The notes under the pieces: generated by a model
The model's input: only the letters and a program-made list of their open reading frames with translations
Databases searched by the model: none
Told to the model about the DNA's origin: nothing
Translations under genes and position numbers: made by a program
Assembly (NCBI GenBank): GCA_029717555.1
Contig: JAMDHS010000022.1
Coordinates: 124,001 to 188,000 of the forward strand
Length of the DNA: 64,000 nt
Source of the DNA: Peribolospora baueri
Lineage: Eukaryota
Direction: 5' to 3'
Part shown: piece after piece, positions 1 through 10,945 of the stretch
Layout of the letters: each line of letters begins with the position of its first letter
How positions within the stretch are numbered: the first letter of the stretch is position 1

Positions 1-103
1 GTTTGCTATTTAATTTGTCTCATGCGCCCCCGTCTCCATTCCACGGACATTCCCTGTTGTTGTCTGCGGCATGGTTCTTCTATCTCTCATCCCTCATGCA
101 CAG

Positions 104-1821
104 CCCCTACGCGTAATTGGACTCACCGCGAGTTCGCCTTCACGCTCGCCAACGACGCCTACCTCCGCTACAACAGCTTCGCAGACGTCGAGGCATTCAA
201 GAAAGAGGTGTGCCGCTTGAACCCGGCTAGGTTCGAGGTCGGACCGGTGTACAGCGCCAAGGTGGGTGCGGCGCGTGAATGACAGGTAGCGAGGTTTTTT
301 GTAGAGCGCATTCAGTCAGAACCGCTCATTTGCGCTTACATTTGGCCTGCTCTCCAGCCCAAGGACCGAAAAACTCTCCGCAAGCAAGCATTCAAACCAG
401 TCTGTCGAGAGCTGGTGTTCGACATTGACATGACCGACTACGACGACGTGCGAACGTGCTGCTCTGGCAAGGACCTATGCAAGCGCTGTTGGAAGTACAT
501 CGCCGTAGCTGTGCAGGTGGTCGATGAGGCTTTGCGGGGTGAGTCGGCATTCATTCGTGGTCACATGTGACGGCTGCAACTTGTAGTGGGCGGCGTTATA
601 GGAGGACATGTGTCTCATTCCTTGTTCCTTTTCTTCTATCCTGCGTTTCCTTTAGAGGACTTCGGGTTCCGCCAGATTCTCTGGGTCTACTCTGGACGAC
701 GCGGTATCCACTGCTGGGTATCCGACTCGGCGGCACGCGAGCTGACGGACGACCAGCGCAAGGCGCTCGTGGGCTTCCTCGAGGTCGTTAAGGGCTCGGC
801 GAATATGACCAAAAAGGTTGACCTGGGCAGGAGCGTTGGCGGTCACAGGAGGTTGCTTCATCCAAGCTTGGAGTGAGTATTCGTCGTCCATCGCCCGTTG
901 CGAGCTTTATCACCGCTGACGGCGAGGAAATCACGATCAATCTTCTCCGCCCTTGCTAGACGAGCGAAAGAGAGCCTCAAGGAAGCATTCGTCGACATTG
1001 TCATTCAAGATCAAGATTGCTTCCGAGAGAAGGAGCAGTGGGAGAAGCTCTTGCAGCTGTTGCCAGAACGAGGTGGGTGCCTTCTTTCTGTGGCGTCCAG
1101 CTCGACGAAGCGCGGAGCGATAGAGCCGACCACCGCGGCTGACATCTTTGTCCCAAATATCAGAGGTGGTCAACAAGCTTCGACGCAAGTGGGAATCGGC
1201 GCCAGAGATGTCCTCCTGTGCACGATGGGACGACATCCGTAGCGCGGCGGCCAAATTGGACAAGCCGGGTCAGGTACATCCTTCCTCTTTGACATGGAAG
1301 CCATTCGATGCCCTCCACGGCTCACCACGAAATGTTCCTGGACCTTCTCAGAATTCGATGCGCTCGGCGATGGAAGACATAATGCTACAGTACACCTATC
1401 CGCGTATCGACGCCGAGGTGTCGAAGCACCTTAACCACCTCCTCAAGTCTCCCTTCTGCGTCCACCCCGCCACGGGCCGCGTCTGCGTGCCCGTCGACCC
1501 TGCCCAAGTGACTTCCTTTGATCCGACAACCGTGCCCACCGTTGCACAGTTGCTCAGGGAACTCAACGAAGCTGCAGCGACGGACAAGCAAGGACTCGGA
1601 GGCGCCGGGGGCAGGAGCAAGGACGCCGACTGGCAAAAGACGAGTCTCAAGCCTTATGTCGAGTTGCTCGAGAGCCAAGCGCAGGCGCTTCTGCGCGAGA
1701 CCAGAGAGCTGCGAAGGGGTGAGCTGCGTCCGGTCACCTTCGAGTATGAAGCAACAGCAGCTAACTGGTCTCACCTTTCGTTCGATACGCAGCTGCTGAA
1801 GCTCAATCAATGGAGTTCTAA
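104..1821 (+). CDS. PRI1: DNA primase small (catalytic) subunit, 5' end outside window; exons 104-261, 358-538, 656-872, 960-1072, 1164-1273, 1352-1718, 1793-1821
   Basis: Spliced translation gives HREFAFTL..YLRYNSF, ELVFDIDMTDYDDVRTCC, WVYSGRRGIHCWV and YPRIDAEVSKHLNHLLKSPFCVHPATGRVCVP, the hallmark eukaryotic PriS motifs. All introns are GT-AG and phase-consistent. Ends SMEF-TAA. Confidence 0.97.
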
Positions 1822-2598
1822 CAGAGGTCTTCCATAATTCCTGCCGCGTCTACTACGATCTCTGTCTTTTCCTTTTCTACCCGTTCTTGTACCAGTATTC
1901 CCACTACAGACTCTCGAGTTCTCATGTAAAAGGAAACGATTATTATTACCCCGCTCAAGAATCGGGTCGCGGGCCGCGAGCATGGAAAGGAAGCATGTCA
2001 CCATACCGACGACGACGAAAGTAAGGAGACGAGGAAAAGGTAGATGAGAAGGGTAGAGCGTCCGTTGAGAAGAAGAAGCAAAACATGGGACAGGCAATGG
2101 AGTCGGGTGTCTGATGAAGAGGAGATTGTGACGGAGTACGTCGCAAGAGAAAGAGGGAGATGGAGCAAGCAAGACTTCTTCATGAGGGAATGTGTTGGGC
2201 TCGTCCAAAGCGACGGCCGAAGTGAGGGATATGCTTCGAATCTCGAGAAAAAGGGAAAAGACGAATCGCAAGGAAAATGGATGAACAATGAACGAGAGTG
2301 GTTGGTGGCAATTTCGGGGCGAGCAGGTCCAGCTTGAAAGCTACTCAGTGACCGTGGGATGGGCCCCGGAACGATGGACGTTTCCGAGGCCGCTCCTACG
2401 AATCAGCCCATAGACTCATGCAGGACCGGGCCAAGGGGAAATTGAGAAAAAAAGTGGTAAAAACGAGAGTGGTTCGGTAAAGCGACAAAAAAGGAAAGAG
2501 TCACTTTCGATGACGATACTTTTGACGAAACGAAGAAGAGGTCAACGGACGGACGGGAGATCGAAGAAGGAAGCGGGGAAGAAGAAAGAGATGGCCGC

Positions 2599-5500
2599 TC
2601 AGGCGACTACCCAAAGCACCTCATGCGGTCGAATGAAGAGCCCCCTGGTGGCCCTCTTCGTCATCGGCGGCGTCTGATATCCTCCCTTCGTCGCCATCCC
2701 GGAAGAGGCAGACACATTCCCGCTAGCGTCCTTAAGCCGCTTGCTGCTTATGCTGCCGTCCAGAGGCCGCTCCGCCACGATGTCCTCCAGCACCCGGCGC
2801 TTCTGTCCGTCGGCGAGAATACCCGCGATCCTTCTTCGTCGGGCGGCCCTTTCCTCGTCCTGCGGCTCCGTAGAGTCCCCCGAGGCAATCGCATAGATGG
2901 GAGCGTTGGCGGCCATAGCGGTGTGAGGGGAGGAAGGAGAAGAACCCTTGCCTTCCGGAGTGCCCAAGTCGAAGTAGCGCACGCCAGCATACGAGCCGTC
3001 GTTCCAGCTACCGAGACCTCCAGGCGGCGGGACGTTCTCATCCCCCGCAGAAGAGGGCGAAGTTCGGCCGAGAGACGACACCGACGCGGAAAAGTCCGCG
3101 GGTTCGTCCGCTGATGACACGGGCACCTCAACACCCACCCAGGGGCCCTTGAGACCATTGATCTCACCGATGTACTTGACGACGGCGCGGAAGCGCGCTT
3201 GCTTCCGCGTCGAAGGATTCCGAGGCGCCACGATGCAGGGGATGCCAACGCTGAGCGCGGAGCCGCGTAGTGCTTGGGCCCCGGCCGCTGCGCTTCTCTC
3301 CGACAGTGGGGGCGAAGGCGGGGAAGACACGGGCTTCTGCGAAGGCGTGGTCGCAGAAGGTGCGGACTTGGCTACTGGCTCGGGCTTGAACTCGGGCACT
3401 GCGGACGGCTTCGCATCGATCTCCATGGGTACCACGTCGGTCACCACTGCCACCAGTTCTTTCGGCGTCGTCGCGGCTGCCGTGTCGACCATGGAAGGAA
3501 GCAGCGTCACAGGCTGTTCTTTTGCCTTGTCCTTCGCCGATCCCGATGCGATCTCCATGGGCACCACGTCGGGAGCCACCGTCGCCTGCTCCTCTGGCGT
3601 CGTCATGGCCTCGGCCGTGGAAGGAAGCGGCGTCACAGGCTCGTTTGCCTTGTTCTTCGCCGTTTCCGATGAAACCTCCACGGGCACCACGTCGGGAGCC
3701 ACCGCCTTCGGTTTCTTCGGCGTCGTCCCGGCTGCCGTGTTGACCGTGGAAGGAAGCGGCGGCACAGGTTCTATCGCTTTATCTTTCGCAGATCCCGATG
3801 CGACCTCCACGGGCACCACGTCGGGAGCCACCGCCGTCGGTTTCTTCGGCGTCGTTGTGGCCGCCGAATCGGATTTGGAAGGAAGCGGCGGCACAGGCTC
3901 TTTCGCTTTATCCTTCACCGACCCGGGTAGCGAGTTCGCACGCCCCGCGCTCCCGCTGGCCCTCCGAACGGAAGAGGCCGTGGATCGAATGGAGGCTGCA
4001 CTCGGGGAGCGCCTTATCGGTGCCGGCGAAGTCGGCGTCTTGGGCGTCTTAGGCGCCTTGGGAGTCTTGGGAGTCTTGGGACGCTCGGAACTGGCGGCTG
4101 GCGACGGAGTGGGTTTCGGGGTAGCCTTCAAATACGGCGCCCGAGCCGCTGGAACCTTAGTATTCGTCCCGGGCGTCGGTCTCTTTGGCGTAATCGAAAC
4201 TTTGGATGCCGCGGACACCTTTGACGTCGTCGTCGAAGCTTTTGATGCCGCGGACACCTTTGACGTCGTCGAAGCCTTTGATGCCGTCGAGGTCGTCGAG
4301 CGAATGGAATGCACAGAAACAGAAGACCGAGCATTCGACTTGTCGCTGGCGGTGGCGGCCGCCGGATTCGATGCCGTCGTCGGGCCTTTGGAAGCCATAG
4401 GCGTCGTCGACCGGGAGGAAGCGGCAGAAGGGGCAGGGGAGAACTTGCGAGGCATGGCATTTTCGTCCGTACCTTCGCCGGTGGTCGTGGAGGCACTAGA
4501 ACGAACTGAGAGCGTGGACCTTGACTTGGCCGCGGAAGAAGCAGCAGTGGAGGAGAGCGCCTGTCGGGAGCTGACGGACGTCGTCGACGGTACCGCGGAC
4601 TTGGTCTTGACGGATGAGGCGGTGGAGCGTACCGACGTCGTTGACGGTGTCCGCCCGCCTGGCAGGCTCGATCTCGGTTTCGAAGCCGCCGAAGAACCTG
4701 CAGGGGCGCGCGCTCGGACTGTCCCCGAAGGGCCCGCCCTCGCCACGGCCACGGCCACGGAGGCCGTGCTGTCCCTGTTCGACGCCTCCGACATGTCGTT
4801 GGCATTGGCCACCTCCATGTCGACATGCAGATCGTCTGTCGAAGCGCCGGGAATCTTGTTCGCCACATTCGCACGAGTCACCGGTGGCCTCCTCGTCGAC
4901 TGAGGAGACGCACCTGTTCCTTTGAACCCATGCACCGCCGACACCCTGGCGGCATTGCGGTTAAGCACCGAGGCGCGCAAGTTGACCGGTCCACTCGCCG
5001 AGGGCTCGTCGACGACTCTCCTGGCCGCGACGGCGGCGGCCGCCGTACCTTTGCCCGCGGCGCGAGGAGGCGCGCGAGCCGGCTTGGCAGGTTGAAGACC
5101 AGTCTTGGTGTTGGGCAGATTGGGAAGCGCGGCCTCATGAGCGATGAGATCGTCCACTGGGATCTCCAATTCGTCGGAGAGCTCCTTGAGCGCCCAGTTA
5201 TCAAGACCGGCGAAGCCGCTGTACGAGCGCGCGCCCACCCATCGTCGACGGAGGTAGCGGAGAATGCCGTTGCGGGCGTCCTCGACGAGTTGCCTCGCCT
5301 CAAGGGACGGAATGCCTTCATCACGCAGAAGGACAAGCCCGACGAGGATCTGCGTCGAGGCGAACGAGAGCGGCGGAAGAGAAATGAGCATACGAGAAAC
5401 GTACGACTCGCCCAAGAGAGCAAACCTTTCCTCACCTGATAATTCCTAGCGGCAGTTTGCTCGTTCAAACTCTCTACGAGCAGGACGAGCGCACGCTCGA

Positions 5501-7595
5501 GCACGTCACCCGAGAAGCCCACGCCGTCGAGCAGCTTGGCCCACTCGGGACTCTCAACCACCGCGTCTAACTCGTTTATGAGAAGCTCGCGAGCCCTACT
5601 CTCTACGCCTTCGCACATCCACCGGATCGCATCCACCCACGGACTCGCCCTCTCGGTATCCAGCCTTGCCGCCACGTTAAGTAGATTGCGAACGGCGCCC
5701 ACCAAAGAGACGGGGGTCATATTATCGCAAATGGTTTGGACGATGCTTTGTCGGAGGGCATAGTCGAGTACGCCCACGTCACGCGTCCAGAAGGCGCCAA
5801 AGTTGGACACGCACAGCGCATTCCGCGCCGCCGTCTCCAGCGTCTTGTCCATCACGTCCGGGTTGGTGGAGAAAGCGAGTACGCGGGGAACGCGTTTGGT
5901 ACAGGTCCGGCAAGCGCAACAGAAACTGTGGCAGAAGTCGGTGACAATGGTCGAGGTGATGAGGTCCTTTAGCGTGTCTACCTCGAGATAGACGGCTGAG
6001 CGGTAGATGGCGAGAGCGGTGGAGAGGTCGAAGGAGCGATTGGAAAAGGTGAGAGTGCCGGTGTAAAGGAAGCCTAGGGTGAAGTGGAGCGAGGCGGGGG
6101 TGAATGGGGGCGAAGGCAAGGTGAGGACAGTGGAGGAACTGTCCGCGTAAGACGACAAGAGCTGCGAGGCGAAATAGCGAGATCGAGAGGCAAGGATCAT
6201 CTTGTGCGTGGAAAAGCTTGTCACTTCGTCGTCTTCGTCTTCCAAGTGATCTGTCGACGCCATGGGATCCGTCACCCGCTTCCCTGACGAGTTCGACTCG
6301 AGGACGATCTTCACGTCGGCATACAGCTTGCTGCGCCACATGAACACCAAGTCCTGACCAGAAGAAGGGAGGGTGGCGGCGCAAGGGCAGACGCACACGT
6401 TAATCTGACGGATGCCTGTCTGGAAGAGCGCAGGCTGATCGAACGCGAACCCAAACCCACCTGTCTCAATTTCCAAAACCTTTCTTCTTCCTTGCCTTCG
6501 TCCCCCATTCCCGAAGCTAAACTGACGTTCGACTTGTCCTCGTACAAGAATTCGAAAGCCTCGACCATGCCTTCTGCAGTGTAGAGGTACTCCAGAATGG
6601 CCTCAAAGAAGGCCTGGCTGACGCCGGTGAGCATCATCGGGGGCCGGACGGTGCTCGCGACGGAGGCGATGGAGGAAGTGTCCGATACGACTGAAGCGGT
6701 AGAGACGGAGCGAACAGAGGAGGCGGAGGAAGAGAAGGCAGAGGAAGCGGAGGAGCGAGGCGAATCGGGAACGGGGGGAGACTTGGGACCAGATTTATTA
6801 CGCGTCCCACTGCGACCGCCGCTCGCTGATGAGGAGCCAGAGGCACCTCGAGAATGTCGTCCGGAAGCACGACCGTCGGCTGGAGCGTGATAGCTACTCG
6901 GCGGCGCAGCCCCGGTCCTCGAAGATCGGCCTCCACCTCCTGGCGACGTCGAGCGTGCGCCAGCGTGCGGCTCAGGCGAAGGAGCGGTGAGGAGCGAGTT
7001 GGATCGCGAGGAGCGCAGGGAGCCGATGGACACTTGCGAGCTGTTGCTGTGGTGCGTGATTCGCACCTGGCCGTTTGGGGACTGAATGTGCAGGTATCGC
7101 GCCTGGAAGGTGTTGGGTGCGCGAGCGTATAAGATGGCTGCACGGGAAAGAAACAGGTTCGGACGACCATGTCAAGCAAGGGAAAGAAGGTTAGGTGGGC
7201 CTGCAGGGAACGACGAGTTGGTCCACGTCGAACAACTTGGACCGACGTTGGCAAACGACGAGCTCACCCTTGTGCGCCCATATCGTCTCCGTTCCTTCTA
7301 CGCCCTCCTCCCCCGTCGTCCAAGCCACATCGGCGAATCTAGACCCCGCGTTCCTCAGCAAGCCCTTGAGGTCCTTCGTCCACACCTCTCTGCTGGCCTG
7401 CTCGCATGCCGAGGGGCTCGTCACGGCCACCAGACTGGATGAGGCGCCGAAGAGGGTGGTGGAGAGCGTGGAAGAGTGGCCAACGTCGCTCGACGAACCT
7501 CCGGCGCTGGCGAAAAAGGTGCCCACCGGCCGGGCGGCGTCCACGGAGGAGCGCCGGGTGCTGACAGAATTGGTGCGGGCGACGGTGACGGCCAT
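2599..7595 (-). CDS. BTB/POZ-domain protein with long Ser/Thr/Pro/Lys-rich linker, internal repeats and C-terminal CAP-Gly-like domain (4 exons)
   Basis: Degenerate BTB1: FADVAW..IWAHK|AILYARAP..FQARYL..FEAILEYLYT. BTB2: LYADVKI..FSTHKMILASRSRYF..LHFTLGFLYTG. C-terminus: VVKYIGEINGLKGPWVGVEV..WNDGSYAGVRYF..GLFIRP. Introns include 5350-5435. Confidence 0.85.
3415..3917 (-). repeat. Coding tandem repeat, 4 units of ~126-129 nt (~43 aa, KDKAKEPVPPLPS..TTPKKP.AVAPDVVPVEVASGSA)
   Basis: The anchor GGAAGGAAGC recurs at 3493, 3619, 3748 and 3877 (spacing 126, 129, 129). Confidence 0.93.
4200..4292 (-). repeat. Short coding tandem repeat (~39-42 nt; ASKASTT(T)SKVSA)
   Basis: GATGCCGCGGACACCTTTGACGTCGTC occurs twice, followed by a partial third copy. 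Confidence 0.8.
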
Positions 7596-7814
7596 GTCGA
7601 AGGAAAAGCGAACTGGGGAGCAGGAAGAAGAGGAGGGGAGCGCGTCCTAAAGCAAGAAGAGCCAAAAAGACAACCGGCCAAGGTAGGAGCGTCGATCGAC
7701 GACGCCTGCCGCCGAAGGAAGGGCAAAAGTTGGGGGGAAGGACTTGAGAAGGACTCGGGGCGAGGCGAGCGACGGGACGCAGGCGTTGCGCGAGCGGCTT
7801 TTTTCTTTTCCGTT

Positions 7815-7841
7815 CCTTTCCTTTCCTTTCCTTTCCTTTCC
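7815..7841. repeat. (CTTTC)n microsatellite upstream of the BTB gene; (GA)n at ~7918-7931
   Basis: Direct reading of the sequence. Confidence 0.85.
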
Positions 7842-8346
7842 GGTCTCGGCGTATGTCAGGTGTGGCCTGGCATGGCAGAGACGAGGAAGAGGAGTCGAGC
7901 GGCGGGCTGGAGAGGAGGAGAGAGAGAGAGAGTGAGTGACGGTGACGGTGACGGCGACGTCGACCAGCCCCAGACGGCCGCCTCGACTGCCGCAGCAGCC
8001 TAGGGGCGCTGGCGATCGCAGCTGGAGGACGGCAAGAAATAATAGCAGGCAGGCAGGCACTGCTGCGAGTAGGCAGGTAGAGAGGCATGGGGATGGATAT
8101 TGGTATGGGTTAGGGTATGGCCAAGCTATGGTCTCAAGCACGCAGTCCGCCATCGTCTTCTTCGCCCTGGCCGTGAGATGTCTCACCTGCTCGAACATGG
8201 CTACGTTTGTCTCGCACATTTATCTTCTCCCAGTTTCCGCACCACCTCGCATCGCGTAACCCTAACTCACCGATCGTCGCCTGCTTTCCTCGACAACGAC
8301 AACGCCGCCTCCGCCAGGCAAATCCCACCACCGCCCTCCCTTGGCC

Positions 8347-10292
8347 ATGCCCGCTGCCCCGGAGCCCGTGGCGCTCTCCACTAGCGAAAAGGCCACGCTC
8401 CGGCACCTCGTCCAGGTCGTTGCACGCGCTTTCTACGATCCCAAGCAGGTCATCGTCCTCGACCAGCTCACCAAATGGGTGGCGTGAGTGCATCACTTCC
8501 ACCGCGCGTGGGCGACGGACGGGAGGGCGAAGGCAAGCGTCGGCCGCGTGGGATGCTCGGGCGGATGTGGTGCGGTCGTTTTGAAAGATAGATGGATGGT
8601 TGGATGGATGGATGAGAGAGAGCGTGTGTGTGGTTGCGCGGCTCGCCGGGCCTCGAATATGGAGGCACGGGGGCCGAACAGCTAGCTCATCCATCCTCTT
8701 CTTCGTGTCTCTCTTTGTTCATTCCCTCGTACCCCGTCCCCGTCCCCGTCCCCGTCACTTCTTCCCTTGTGTGCGAATCGATCCCGTGTCCATGATGCAT
8801 CCGCAGCGTGCCCGCGGACGAACTGGCCAAGTGGCTGATGGTGGTGCCCAAGGAGCTCGCAAAGCTCTCTGCCCCCCTGCTCGAGGACCGTCTAGTGGCG
8901 ACGTGAGTATCCGTCTGTCTTCCTATCCGCTGTCTGTCGCGATGGAGGCAAACCGTCCGAAGGGATTGAATTCGCTCCTCCAACGCTACGCGTCGCCAGA
9001 CACCGTCATCCGGAGACGAAAGAAGGCGTCCCTGGCCGCGTCTTCCACAGGACGTACTACTACGTCGACTATAAAACCTTTATCGACGTCGTCAAGTGGA
9101 AGCTTTTCAAGGTCGAGAAGAGCATTCAGGATAGGCTGAGGAAGGCGAGTGCTCGGTCGACAGAGCGATCGCCGCCGTCCGTCGGCGAGGAATGAACTTA
9201 CGCCTGACCCATCCTCTTCTCTCGTCTCCGCCTTCCTCCAGGAACGCGAGAACAAAGGCTACGTCTGCCCCCAGTGCAACAAGTCCTTCTCCATGCTCGA
9301 GGCCATGTCCTTTATTGACCCCTTTACAGGGCAGTTCATGTGCGACACGTGTAGCATCGAGCTGGTGGAGAACGAGAACGCGGAGAGCGTCAAAGGAAGC
9401 GAGGATCGGCTGCGGAGGCTCAACACGCAGACGAAGCCGATCGTGGACGCTTTGAAAAAGACGGCCGATTTGACGTTGCCTCAGTGGGTATTTCAATTTG
9501 GACCTTGGCTCTTCTTCCCGGTGCTCGCTCCTCACTTCATTACCTACCCTCTCTCGACACAGCCTCGACGTAGGCGACTGGGTGGGCAAGCTCGTTAAAA
9601 ACTCATCTGACGTCAACGGCGCGGATGGCCAAGCGGGCGCGAACGGCACGCGCGGCCCGTCCACCTTTTCCGTCGAGTTGGCGGGCGACGAAGACGAAGC
9701 GAAGCGGAGAGCGATGCTCCAAGCGCAAGCCGAGGCGCAGAGGACGCAGAACGCCATTCCGTCTTGGCATTTGCAGAGTACCGTCAGCGGAGAGCTCACC
9801 ACTCTCGGTATCAAGGAGAGGACCACGGCCAGTGGGTTGGGCTTTGGCGCCGAAGAAGAGGAAAAGCTTGGTGGGGAGGAGGAGGTCGATGGTGAGTTTT
9901 TTATCTTTCCTGGTCCTTATAAAGACAGGAATCTCATATGCCCTTATTTTCCCTTTCCGATCATAGCCTACGAACAGTACTACGCGAACCTCGACTCGGG
10001 CGCACCGTCCCTGCTGGGTGAAGACGATGACGACGATTTCGAAGAGGTTACGCCCGCCGGATCTCAACTCTCTTCCTCCGCTCTCCCCTCCACCGGTGCG
10101 GACGGGAAGAAGGCCAAGCGGCCACGAGAGGATGCCGACGGAGACAGCGATGGAAAGGTTGAGAAAAAAGTCCGATGGGACGCTGCTAGCGCGAGCGGGT
10201 CTGCGCAAACCCCAGCTGGCGAGGGAGACGGCGATAGGGGCGAAGGGGAGAGCGACGATTCGGACGAGGACGACTTTGAGGAGGTCATCTGA
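8347..10292 (+). CDS. TFA1: Transcription initiation factor TFIIE alpha subunit; exons 8347-8483, 8807-8902, 9000-9144, 9242-9483, 9563-9891, 9967-10292
   Basis: Winged-helix N-terminus LRHLVQVVARAFYD..IVLDQL and YYYVDYKTFIDVVKWKL. Zn ribbon YVCPQCNKSF..FMCDTC. Also NAIPSWHLQSTVSG and acidic C-terminus DDFEEVI. Intron 3 is GC-AG. Confidence 0.95.
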
Positions 10293-10945
10293 CCCCCCCG
10301 CGTCACCTTCCCTCTTGTTTCTTATCGTTAGACTGCTTGCCCAATTGTTTTTTTTTTCCTTCCAATCCGCAATCGATTGCAATGTATCACAACATCATGC
10401 TACCGCCCGATTGTGCAGAATCTCCACGACTCACCATACATCCCATCCCTTGTCCATTTCGACCCTGCGCCGCGCCGTCCTCCTCTGTCCTCCATGCCCG
10501 GGGCCACGGCTCATCAGCCCCAATGCGATCATGGAAAGGACCCACGTAGATAGACGGGTGCGTGCGACAGGCGGCGATCGGTACTTACGTGCTTACCGGC
10601 GCTGTTCATATCCACCAGAGTCTTCTAGCCCTGGTCAAGCTTCCTTTCGATCAGCGCAACACAATGTCTCATCTTGGTAGCCTTCACTGAGGGGTCGCGT
10701 CTTGCGGGTTGGACGGTATTTGACCGCACCATACGTTTGATTCGCCGGTGATACAAATACATGCCATATGGAGCGTTCCGGGACGGTTTGAGAGCCTCGA
10801 CAGAACAAGGAACAATAACGTTATCGGAGAGGCATTGAACGAGGGCATCCTACGGACACAGAAGGTTGACCTGTTGATAATGAAATTACGGAGCGAAGTG
10901 GAAGCGAAATAAAAAGTGTACCAGGGGCTGGAACGCGGAGTCCAG

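Noticed and set aside
3149..4903. 584-aa plus-strand ORF
   Set aside because: Antisense shadow of the low-complexity BTB/CAP-Gly exon in high-GC DNA, with no domain signal.
7647..8219. 190-aa minus-strand ORF between the BTB gene and TFA1
   Set aside because: Runs through microsatellites in a bidirectional promoter/leader and encodes no recognisable protein.
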